Assembly (NCBI GenBank): GCA_030390025.1
Contig: CM059432.1
Span: 41,666,001 to 41,730,000, forward strand
DNA length: 64,000 nucleotides
DNA from: Squalus acanthias
Lineage: Eukaryota
Direction: 5' to 3'
In this document: piece by piece, positions 11,175 to 22,114 of the stretch
Position numbering within the stretch: position 1 is the first letter of the stretch
Layout: every line of letters begins with the position of its first letter
Position numbers and translations under genes: made by a program
Notes under the pieces: generated by a model
Told to the model about the DNA's origin: nothing
Databases searched by the model: none
The model's input: only the letters and a program-made list of their open reading frames with translations

Positions 11175-13503
11175 CTATTCTTTAATCAAAGCTTGCCACC
11201 AGTTTCGGAGTGTTTTACTTCGCTTTCTGCATGACAACCGGAGAAGGTAAAACACTAACACACATTGAACTATTACAATCACATGAGAAATCACACGAAT
11301 CCATGGGGGAATCTCGATATTCAGACCGATGTCCCACCATGGCGGAGAAACCAGTTCTTTTATCTCATTCCCCATTTCCCTGTTCCGTTGTTCGAGGGTA
11401 TAGAAATGCTTTTTGGGAGAGTTCAACTTCCTTTATTAATTTTGTGAGGTGTTCGGGCAGAGGAGGATTTTCATACCCGAACCGTGTTACGTATTGCTGC
11501 AGGTCCTGTACCGTGTCGTTCACCGTGAGGTGCACCGTGGTGGGCTCTGGAATGGGAATGATGCGCTCTTGAGCCACCTGAACTTCTGTGTGGGGTTTGA
11601 AGCAGAAAGTCTTATCGGTGACCGGGTACCAAGTGTCGTTGTGTACCCGGTACTGGTCCACGCTTGTCGTGATGCACTACGTCCCTCTGCCCGCATATGC
11701 TACCTGGGGTGGAATGTGGCTTTGGGCCATCACCTCCATGGTGCAATTAATGGGCTCCGCACCCTCTGATTCAAACCTGCACACCGGTCGATTAAACGCA
11801 TTCAAATGCTGGGGACATAACACCACGTGCGCGCCCCTGCTTTGGCATCCATTGAGGTCAGTGCCGGTCATGGCGTGCTCCCACTTTACAACAAACGGTG
11901 GGGCCCCATGATGTCGCATGCGCACCCCGTCCCTTAGGACGGCAATATTCTCTACTCGGTATACCGGCGCTGGCCGTGGTGACCCGCCCATTACCGGCAT
12001 CTGGAGTACAATCCCCATTACAGTGTGGTTGGACTGGCCACAGTCAACTGGGACCGGGTATGCCTCTGAGGCCAGTCGGAGTTGGCACGGGCTTATTAAA
12101 TTTTCGTACGGGCTGATCGCAGTGAGGTGCCGGTTGCTGACCCACGAAGGGACGCAACCTTGCTGTAGGTCCTCCAAATTACTGCACCCTTCGTTCAGCA
12201 GCCACGCACCGTACAACACACACGCATCGTTTTTCGCTGCCTGTGCCGAGGCATTCTGATCCTCCCTGATCAAACTATTGATCGTCTGAGCGTGTGCCTC
12301 CAACTCGGCAATGACTTCCTTTAAATGTATAGTCATAGCCTGATCTTCCCGTAACTCCGACCCCTCTAGCTCGTTACCCTCCCCCAGTATCTTTCGCAGC
12401 TGGTCCCTTAGGGTGTTGACCTGCATCTGCAACTGTACATCGTCCAAACTGTTGATAATGGACGTGCCTGTGCTGATGGCAGTAGCCGCATCATCAAATA
12501 CCCCCCGTCTATATCTCCCCGAACAATGTGATGGTTTACAGTTAAATCGTACAGACTTTCCCGATTCACGTCCCCGTAACTTAATTCATAAAATTGTCGG
12601 AACATTTCCTTCAACAGGGCCTCATAAAATGTTTCCGTTTCTACTGGACACCACCGGGGCAGCTGTACCCGGGTTAAATTTAGAATGAGCGACGTGACTT
12701 TGTAGTGAACTTCTTGGTACAAGATCTTGCCGGTCGGGACTAACACTAACCCATTCCTCGGTCCCGGTGTGGTGGCGGGGCAACTAATCTGTGTTTCCTG
12801 TACCGGTGGGGCTGTGGGCAGGGGCTTCCTCTCGTGTGCTACCAGTTCCGTGGAATTTACTGTGTTGGGAGGGTCTGGGATCACGCAGGAGTCCCCACTC
12901 TGATCCCATCCGATCCCGGCTCCGGAATCCTGCCATCACCGCAAGAAGGCGATCGACACACCCGCCGGGCAGACCCGTTCCGACCCCCACATACACACGT
13001 AAATTCCCTGTTCCTCTTTCCACCATTTGTTCCAGCACACTTCTACTCCCCCCCTCGCCCCCATAATCTGTCGGTACGTATCGTCCCTCAGTTTCTCCCA
13101 GTTCGCGGATCTGTTACCCTTGGCCTGGCCCAACTTCCTTAACCACCACCACCGTCCCAAGGGAATGTGTTCCTCACATCTTAGACAGACGCGATTTCCC
13201 CTCAGTCACCCTAACCCGTGTGGCTGTGACCTGCAGTTTGGGGCACGGTATGGAAGCTTCTCCATACGTGAAACCCTCGCTGCCGGAGTACCGAGTCGAG
13301 TTCGATCCCAGCCACCCTGGCCACCTTCTCTCGTGGAAGTAAGTGCCCATTCCGTCCATGTCCCCTGTCCTACCCCCCTGTGTCACGGTAGGCCCGTTCC
13401 CTCCTGTGCAGCCATAGAGGAAGGACACCTCGGTGTCTCCTCTTTCCATGCTGCCAGTACCGATCATCATTAGGAATAGAAGTATGATAAATTTGTTGGC
13501 CAT
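11175..13503 (-). pseudogene. env: env: signal peptide, Ig-like domain, Pro/Thr linker, furin site, fusion peptide and heptad repeat, Cys-rich region, TM; disrupted by 3 frameshifts and 2 stops
   Basis: MANKFIILLFLMMIGTGS signal peptide; RYRR|GVFDDAATAISTGTSIINSLDDVQLQMQVNTLRDQLRKIL (RYRR at 12516-12505); TM WIRVISHVIVIVQCVLVFYLL; about 776 codons in total. Confidence 0.85.
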
Positions 13504-13535
13504 ATCCCCTTGTTCCTCTGATCTCCTTTGGATCC

Positions 13536-13558
13536 CTGCCAAAACAAAAGCAAAACAG
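13536..13558 (-). promoter_or_regulatory. Splice acceptor for subgenomic env mRNA
   Basis: Minus strand CTGTTTTGCTTTTGTTTTGGCAG|GG, 32 nt upstream of the env ATG at 13503. Confidence 0.7.
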
Positions 13559-13652
13559 TTCCGCTCTGTGAGAGGGTTTTCCTCCACGGATCTGGTTTTG
13601 GTTATTTACAAAATATTTACAGTGTTCCCTGCCGCATTAACGAGCGCCCCAT

Positions 13653-16600
13653 TTAAGACCTCTCCCGTCGGGGCCTCTTGTGGCTCGCGGTCGGCGAGTA
13701 AGGAGGCGTCCACGGCACCCTAGGCCATGGGACCCGACTGCTCCTCCTTACTGCCCCGTCCTCCGAGTCATCATCGTCCCACACCAGGGGAGGAAGACCC
13801 GCGTCCACCAGGCTCATGACTGTGCCCTGGTGCCTTTTGGCCTTTGTTTTTCCCTCCTCGGGGTTAAACAACTTGCACTGGTTTACATGAAACCATTTCG
13901 TGCATTTCGGGAGTTTTACTGCATATACCATGGGGCTCGCTTTATCCACGGTATTATAAGGCCCCATGTACAGCGGCTTGAACGTCCCTACTCAGGCGTA
14001 ATTACGGACCATTACCTGGTCTCCCGTCTCCCACTCGTGGGTTCTCTGGGGTTCTAACAGCAGCTGATTTTTCTGGTGCTGGCTCCCCAGGTTACTGGCT
14101 GCCTGCCAGTGAATCCGTTTCAATGTCTCGTACAGATTCTGGACAAACCTGTCCCGGTTTACCTCCCTGACCTGCGCTTCGGTGAGGACCGGCGCCAACA
14201 CATGGGTTGGGGTGCGCATCATCCTCCCGGTCATAAGCTCGTGTGGGGAGTATCCTGTGCTTCTGGAGGGGCTGGCCCGGACACCCATTAAGACTAGAGG
14301 CAAGACCTCGTCCCATCTCTGCGGGAACAGGCTTATCTCCTTCCGCAGTCTTTCTTTCAGTGTCCGGTTCATGCGCTCCACAATCCCCGATGACTGGGGG
14401 TTGTGAGCCACATGCCACTTCCCTTGTATTCCCAAGAGTTTTAAGGTGGCCTGCATCACCTGCCCCGTGAAATGGCTCCCTTGGTCGGACTCCATGACCT
14501 GTGGCAGCCCCCACCGGGAGAACACTTCCCTCACCAGGATTCTAGCTGTTGCTAGTGCTGTGGCTGCTCAGCAGGGGAAGGCTTCCACCCACTTGGAAAA
14601 TATGTCCACCAGGACTAAACAGTACTTGTTGCCTGCTTTAGTGGTGGGCAGTGGTCCGATGAAATCGACCTGCAGGGACCGCCACGGCCACTCTACCTTC
14701 CTGGTGTGTCCTATGGGGGCTTTCCTGCGCTGCGGATCGGGGTTATTGGCTGCGTACACCAAACAGTGTGCACAGAAAACTCGGACATCCTCCCTGAGCT
14801 GGGGCCACCACCCTGCCTCCTCTACCCTTTGCCAGGTAGTTTCCGGCCCTGGGTGTCCCGCCCCCGGGCCCCCATGGGCCAACTGGAGGAACTCCTCTCG
14901 GTGCTGCGCTGGTACCCACCGATCCCCTTTGAAAAGCATTCCCTCTTTGATACTAATGTCCGCTGCCCCGAACGGACCTTCTATGGACTCCCCATTCTCT
15001 TTCTTTACCAGGACGGCCTTAAGGACGGGATCCTGGGCTTGGACCTGCTTTAAGTCCGGGGCCAAAGCTACCCCCTGTGTGCCTCCCTTGTCCCGGATTG
15101 CTGCTACCGGACCTGCTTTGTACGGATCCCAGAATACTCCTTCCCTGGCCCCCTGTTTGGCCAGCTCGTCTGCCTTTTGGTTGCCCTCCCACTTGGGCTC
15201 TGTCTTTGAATGGGCTTTAACTTTGTGAATATAGTGATCTCCCCGGGTGCCTGTGGCCTCCAAAATTTTACCTAGCAGCGGTGCTGTTGCTAGGGGCTTC
15301 CCATCTGCGGACTTGAATCCGTGCCTGGCCCAGATTGCCAAGTATTCGGTGCATGAGTTGCACGTGAACATAGGAGTCCGAGCAAATGGTGTAGGAGGTG
15401 GGGAACTCGTCGGGGTGGGTGATCATGTACGCCACCGCCGCCAGTTCGGCGTGCTGAGCGCTTAGGGTGTTGGGGAGTTTAATGGCCTTCGCTATTTTAG
15501 CCATAGGGTCATAGATTCCGCACCCGGTGAGACGCTCCCCCTTCACGACCGAACTGGACCTGTCTATATAGATGTCCCGGCCCGTCGGGTGTATCCCGGC
15601 CCGGAATCCTTCATCTACATCCCACACCCCTTCTACCGTACACGTGTGGGCCGTCCCTGGGTAAATCATGTTGGCTGCTAGCTTTGGCTCGGTCAACCCC
15701 TGCACTCGCAAGTTCATCTGCGAGAGCAATAAAGTCCAGCGAGCAATGCGAGCACTGCTCACTGTCCCGTCCTTTATTCTCCCGTCCAACAACATCTGAG
15801 TGGGGGTCTGTTGGGTGAGTAGAATTATCAGGGATGATCCCGTAAAGAGCTGTGAGCGCTTTACGGCCCAATGCGTGGCCAGGAGATGCTTCTCGCAGTT
15901 GGAATATCCCCGTTCTACCTCGGTGAGAACCCTAGATGAGTAGACCACGGACCGTAGCTTGCCATGTCGCTCCTGGAGCAGCACCACGCTCAAGCTATCC
16001 CCACTGGCTGCTACCTCTAAGAAGAATTCTTCCCCACCATTAATGGCTCCCAATGCGGGTGCCGTCTGCAAATTCTCCTTGAGGCGGGTGAACGCTTCCT
16101 GGCAGTTCTGGTCCCACTCCCACCCGACTCCCTTGTGGAGGAGCCGAAGCAGAGGGGCTGCCGTGGCTGCGTAACCCTCTATGAAGTCCCAGCAGTACCC
16201 TGTGAGTCCCAGAAAAGACCTTACCCCGGTCACATTCTTGGAGGCTGGTAGCTCCTGTACTACCTTCCTCCTAGCCTCGTCTATGGCCCTTTCACCAGCC
16301 CTTATGGTCAGCCCGAGGAATTTGACTTCCTCCTGGCCGATCTGGGCTTTCTTGGGGTTGACCTTGAACCCCGCCTCCTGCAACAGCTTTAGCAGCTCGT
16401 TCAGCAGTGGCCCGTGGTTCTCCCCCTCTGCGGAGAACTAAAGCAGGTCGTCCACGTACTGGATTAACTGGTGGGGTCGGCTGAAGCCTTTTAATGCGTC
16501 CGCCATGCATTGGTGGAATATGGAGGGGCTGTTGTGGAACCCCTGGGGAAGGCATGTTCATGTATACGCTGCCCTTTAAAAGTGAATGCAAACTTGTATT

Positions 16601-17528
16601 GCTCTTCCCGTCTGAGGGGAATCAACCAAAACCCATTGGAGATATCCAGCACCGTGAATGTGGTTGCGGTTGCTGGAATGCTCCCTATCAGATCGGCGAC
16701 AGCTGCGACTGTGGGCGCGCAAGCTGGAATGTTCTTATTGAGGACTCGATAGTCCACGGTGGCTCTCCATGACTGGTCGGGTTTCTTCACTGGCCAGAGT
16801 GGTGAGTTCACGTGGGTGGCTATTAGTCTCAACACCCCCTGTTTTACCAGGGATCCCAGTGCCGTCTCCAAGTCGGCTTCTGCCTCCCGGGGGAAACTAT
16901 ACTGCTTTTGTGGCCGTGACATGGGGTCCCCTTGCACCCGGACCTCTACCCCGGTCACCCTGCCACTATCGTGTTTATGGGTGGCGAATGCGGCGAGGTT
17001 GTCCCGTACATTCGCCTGGTACTGGGCAGGGGCGCTACTAACCAACTGTTCCAGGTCATAACTCCCTTTGGGTTTCATGGTGCATACACTACCCCCTCCT
17101 CCCTTATCTCTGGGGATCACTATCACCTCCTCTGTCTTGTCCGAGACCACTGCCCCCCACAGGCAGTGATTCCTCAGGTCCACAATGACCCGGTTGGCTA
17201 ACATGAAATCAGCCCCGAGGACTCCCCACCCTGGTTGCTCCCATTTCATTAGCACGCACTTCCACGTGGTGCGGAGGGACCCTAGCTCTGTTCTCAGGGG
17301 TTTGGACATTGCCCCCGCCTGCTCGTTCCCTGTGAATCCCATTAGGCTAAATGGGACCTTGTTAGACCAGGGTGAATTGGTCGGGTCTTCTGAATGGACC
17401 ACCGTGCTGGAAGCTCCGGTGTCCACCAAATATCTCCCCTGCACCGTCTCCACCCCCATCTTAACACAGGGCCTGTCCCACTCATCATAAGTGAGCGGAC
17501 ACAGGTACTCAGGCTGGGCGCGTTCTAG
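13653..17528 (-). pseudogene. pol: pol: protease, RT, tether, RNase H, integrase; several stops and frameshifts
   Basis: PR YLVDTGAS. RT LDISNGFW...LPQGFHNSP...QYVDDLL (YVDD 16458-16447). Tether LEVAAS...YSSRVLTEVERGYS. RNase H IYID...SAQHAEL...ICSDS...KVKAH...GNQKADELAK. IN H-H-C zinc motif, LQVDFIGPLP, SDQGSHF, SSGIVERMNRTLK, and GPY motif. Confidence 0.95.
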
Positions 17529-19205
17529 TCAGGAGGAAGGGGGACATGCAGGTGCGGTCAGCGTTATGCTGCTCACAGCAGCGTCTAGCCTTCCTTTGTC
17601 CTTCCCCAGCACCGTGCGAAGGGCGGCCACCAGATCATCAAACGGTTCATTGGTTGCCTCCTTCGCCTCAGTGACCTGGGGTTTTCGCACGGGAGGACCC
17701 CCTCGGCCTGACCCCCCCTTTTGGGCCGGGCAATCCCGCCTCCAGTGTCCCGTCTTCCCACACTTGAAAGAAGTCTTAGACTCGGGGGTGTTACCCACTT
17801 CCTGACGCCATTCCTTCCTATCCCCCTTACTGGCCTTCATCTCATGTACCCTCCCGTTGTGTTTGACCTCCTCCCCGGAACCGGCCTTAAAAGCTAAGCC
17901 CAATTTCCGGAGCACGCCTGCCTCCGTGCTCGCGAGGTCCTCAGAGTCAAACCATGCTTCTGCCTTGGCTTTATTCCGTGGCAGGCTGTTTGCTACCAGG
18001 GTCCTGAGCCAGTGATCTCTGGGGACCCCTATCAGTTGCGCGTGGTCTGGTGCACCTCCAGTTGCCTTTGCGTACATTGGCCATAGCCTGTCCGCAAATG
18101 CAGCTGGTGCCTCGCCGGCCAACTGTAGAGTCCGCTCCACTTGTGAGAACGGACTATCCTGGGTATGCCCCATGGCTCTCAGGATCTCCTCTTTCAACCC
18201 CTTTGTGGTGCCTCGCCCCACTTTTGTGGCTGCGGACAGGCTCTGATACAGTTTCCCGTCAAGGGAGAGCAGCATCAGCCTGTGGGTCTCGCCCTCACTA
18301 CGCCCGTTGATCACCCCCTACCTGCTCGACCTCCATAAAGTGAACTGAGGGGTCCCCGTCCTGTTTTAGTTTGGACAACTCTGCCACCATGGCTTGCAAC
18401 TGCGGGGTGGTGAATGGGACCACGTAATCGCTCTGCAGCGGGCCCTGGTCACCGTTTGGTGTGGGTGGACCGTACTTTTGCTGCCGCAGAGGATACATTG
18501 GTCTTGGTGGTGCTTCCGGCGCCGGTGGAACTTCCCTGTCCTGAACCTTATCCTCTGCTTCCTGACCCTCCTCGTCCCACTCCACCCGGGTTTCCCCTTG
18601 TGCCATGAAACAGACCATGCCTCTGGCCCCAGACAAGGCTTGGGTCAATTTTTAATCCTTTCTTCGCAGGGACCGTGATCAGAGTCTTCATAGCCCCTAC
18701 TTCTAGTTACCTTATGAGCTATTTTAATGTCCCTTAGCTGACCCTCCAAACCGTCAGCTCTCGTTGTTAATCTTGCGTTCTCCTCCCGTAAGGTCTGCTC
18801 ATTTAACCTGACCTCCATAACCTGGCACCGCAGGTATTCCCTCATATTACGGGAGGTCTCTTCCTGCGCGCGTCTTTCCTGTCTTTCCTCGCGCAACTCC
18901 TCCACTAGTCTACTCCCGACTATCCCCCTTGCGTCTGACTTGTCTTCAGACTTCTTCAGCTCGTTTTTGAGCTTTTCAACCTGCTCCTGCAACAGTTGAA
19001 CTTGCTTTTGGAAGCACAGGAGCCAAATCGCCTTCTCTTTGGACTTCCCGTGCTCCTTGCTCCCTGTCCACTCTGCGGCCCTATCCTGGGGACTCTCAGA
19101 GCGCAACATCTCCAGCACCCATTGCTGGGATACGTTAACCTTTTTAAACACGTAGGAGGAAATTCTGTCCTCCATTCCGGATCTCTTGCCCTCCAAACTG
19201 TCCAT
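17529..19205 (-). pseudogene. gag: gag: N-terminal coiled coil, capsid-like region, CCHC knuckle; 2 frameshifts
   Basis: Heptad-rich QVQLLQEQVEKLKNELKK...LREENARLTTRADGLEGQLRD; knuckle (S)FKCGKTGHWRRDC with the first Cys lost; ends in TGA in frame with pol. Start codon uncertain. Confidence 0.85.
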
Positions 19206-19282
19206 ATCTAATCCACAACCTATCGTCCTGCCAGCGGTCGCCAATTCTGTAACCGTTTTTTGCGGTGGCCAATTCCCTATGG

Positions 19283-19300
19283 CCCCTGCCGCAATCGCCA
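19283..19300 (-). promoter_or_regulatory. Putative primer-binding site (tRNA-Ser-like)
   Basis: TGGCGATTGCGGCAGGGG 5 nt after the 5' LTR; resembles the complement of tRNA-Ser 3' ends (TGGCG...GGCAGG), imperfectly. Confidence 0.55.
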
Positions 19301-19305
19301 ATTAT

Positions 19306-20261
19306 TGTAAGTGGTTTCGCCCCGCCCGTAGCGAGCACGCAAACCCCCTTATTACAAGTTCTGGACGATAGGGATTACTGAGGACAGATTTGAACACAGA
19401 CAGCGTTTTCGGGCTCACCTGTACAGTGTTTATTAAGGCTGACAAAAACCACTCCACTCGCATACAGTACGAGCGGTGTGAACACAACAGTACAGTTTAA
19501 AACAGTACAACCCTGACTTGTCCAACAAGCCCCTGCCGTGCTGACTTACCACGGCCTAAGAACACCCTCCCGTGAACTAAACTATCAAAGGACCCTTCCA
19601 ACGCTAAACCCCCTCTGGTTTGGTAGGAACATACAGGCACCCTCTCACACAGCTAAGTGATCTTGTGGGTATGTAGGCTTGGCAATGCTCACCTAGATTG
19701 CCCTTTGATCTTGCTTGCAGCTTCCTCCCGTACATCTTGGCTACCTGGTTCCGTACCGGCCTTGCGGTATGCGAGTCCCAGCCTTAGTCGAAGTCCGTCT
19801 CGGTTGGAAGAGCAAGGCTCAGCTCCTCTTGACGTTCCGTTGTGTGGAGGGCAGGAGAGAAAGAGAGAGCTATCCAAACTGTTCTCTAATATACCCCTCC
19901 AATACACAGACCGCTGTCTATGATTTTAATGGACACATGGCCTCAGGGAAATGGTTTCCAGGCTTCCTCCCAGGTTTGGATGGTTTAGATCTCGTTTCGA
20001 TCGCCCAGCCGATTAACTTAACGAGCTCATCTTCTCCAGAAACAATGAGTCGCCAGCCTTGTTATTTAAGACTTGGGAGTGGGCCTCTCAGGCCATTGTT
20101 CCCAAGGACAGTTCGTTACCATACGAATGCAACCTGGTTACGTGAGCCACCTTCAGCTTGAGTGCTTTTTCACTGCTTGCCCCCCAAACAGCCTGTCCAG
20201 TTTTTAATAAGGGTATATGTTCATAATCTAAAAGTCCATGGAGTCTGCGCCGACTGCTACA
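19306..20261 (-). repeat. 5' LTR of provirus
   Basis: Direct repeat of 7878-8838; minus-strand TATA-like TATATTA near 19890; AATAAA at 19434-19429. Confidence 0.95.
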
Positions 20262-22113
20262 GTTATAGGGAGATTTTATAGAGGTGCTCAAAATCTTGAA
20301 GGGTTTTGATAGAATAAATGAGAAACTGTTTCCAGTGGCAGAAGGGTCAGTTACCAGAGGACACAGATTTAAGGTAAAAAACCAGAGGTGACATGAGGAT
20401 TTTTTTTTTCAATGCAGCGTGTTGTTATGATCTGGAATGCACTGCCTGAAAGGGGGGTGGAAGCAGATTCAATAATAACTTTCAAAAAATATATTTTTTT
20501 TAAATTTGTTTATGGGATGTGGGCATCACTGGCAAGGCCAGCATTTATTGCCCATCCCTAATTGCCCTTGAGAAGGTGGTGGTGAGCCACCTTCTTGAAC
20601 CGCTGCAGTCCGTGTGGTGAAGGTACTCCCACAGTGCTGTTAGGGAGGGAGTTCCAGGATTTTGACCCAGCGACGATGAAGGATCGGCGATATACGTCTA
20701 AGTCAGGATGATGTGTGACTTGGAGGGGAACTTGGAGGTGGTGGTGTTCCCATGCACCTGCTGCCCTTGTCCTTCTAGGTGGAAAAGGTCGCGGGTTTGG
20801 GAGGTGCTGCCGAAGAAGCCTTGGCAAGTTGCTGCAGTACATCTTGTAGCCACGGTATGCCGGTGGTGGAGGAAATGAATGTTTAAGGTGGTGGATGGGG
20901 TGCTAATCAAGCGGGCTGCTTTGTCCTGGATGGTGTCGAGCTTCTTGAGTGTTGTTGGAGCTGCACACATCCAGGCAAGTGGATAGTATTCCATCACACT
21001 CCTTACTTGTGACTTGTAGATGGTGGAAAGGCTTTGGGGAGTCAGGAGGTGAGACACTCGACGCAGAATACCTAGCCTCTGACCTGCTCTTGTTGCCACA
21101 GTATTTATGTAACTGGTCCAGTTAAGTTTCTGGTCAATGGTGATCCCCCAGGATGTTGATGGTGGAGGATTCGGCAAATGTAATGCCGTTGAATGTCAAG
21201 GGGAGGTGGTTAGACTCTCGCTTGTTGGAGATAGTCATTGCCTGGCACTTCTGTGGCGCAAATGTTATCTGCCACTTATCAGCCCAAGCCTGAACGTCGT
21301 CCAGGTCTTGTTGCATGTGGGCATGGACTGCTTCATTATCTGAGGAGTTGTGAATGGCGCTGAACACTGTGCAGTCATCAGAGAACATCCCCATTTCTGA
21401 CCTTATGTTGGAGGGAAGGTCATTGATGAAGCAGCTGAAGATGGTTGGGCCTAGGACACTGCCCTGAGGAACTACTACAGCGATGTCCTGGGGCTGTGAT
21501 GATTGACCTTCAACCACCACAACCATCTTCCTTTGTGCTAGGTATGACTCCAGCCAGTGGAGCGTTTTCCTCCCGATTCTCATTGACTTCAGTTTTACTA
21601 GGGCTCCTTAATGCCACACTTGGTCAAATGCTGCCTTGATGTCAAGGGCAGTCACTCTCACCTCACCTCTGGAATTCAGCTCCTTTGTCCATGTTTGGAC
21701 CAAGGCTGTAATGAGGTCGGGAGCCGAGTGGTCTTGGCAGAACCCAAACTGGGCATCAGTGAGCAGGTTATTGGTGAGTAAGTGCTGCTTGATAGCACTG
21801 TCGATGACACCTTCCATCACTTTGCTGATGATTGAGAGTAGACTGATGAGGTGGTAATTGGCCGGGTTGGATTTGTCCTGCTTTTTGTGGACAGGGCATA
21901 CCTGGGCAGTTTTCCACATTGTCGGATAGATGCCAGTGTTGTAGCTGTACTGGAACATAACAGAATTGGATAAATACTTGAAGTGTAAAAATTTGCAGGG
22001 CTATGGGGAAAAAGCAGGGTCGTGGAACTAATTGGATAACTCTTTCAAAGAGCCAGCACAGGCATGATGGGCCAAATGGCTTCCTTCTGTACTGTATCAT
22101 TCTATGATTCTAT
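20262..22113 (+). mobile_element. 3' remainder of the CR1 split by the provirus, itself split by a family-B LINE
   Basis: CR1 3' sequence at 20262-20490 and 21960-22113, ending in an ATTCTATG tail. Confidence 0.8.
20493..21958 (-). mobile_element. CR1/L2-group LINE ('family B'), 5'-truncated
   Basis: KQDKSNPANYHLISLL, VPQGSVLGPTIF, MFSDDCTV RT motifs; poly(A)-like tail near 20493. Confidence 0.85.
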
Positions 22114-22114
22114 G

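Larger units (their letters stand above)
7878..20261 (-). mobile_element. Full-length defective endogenous provirus, lokiretrovirus-like (LTR-gag-pol-env-LTR)
   Basis: Two ~960-bp direct repeats bounded by TGTAG...TTACA on the minus strand; PBS-like and PPT sites; gag, pro, RT, dual RNase H, IN and env remnants in order. Confidence 0.9.

Noticed and set aside
11175..13503. env as a domesticated, syncytin-like host gene
   Set aside because: This copy has several frameshifts and stops, and is as decayed as gag and pol.
14446..15228. 260-aa plus-strand ORF
   Set aside because: Antisense shadow of the GC-rich integrase and RNase H coding region.
13653..17528. APOBEC-type G-to-A hypermutation of the provirus
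   Set aside because: Only isolated G-to-A candidates (TGG to TGA in RT, G to R in RNase H). Other lesions fit CpG decay or indels. A consensus would be needed to test this.
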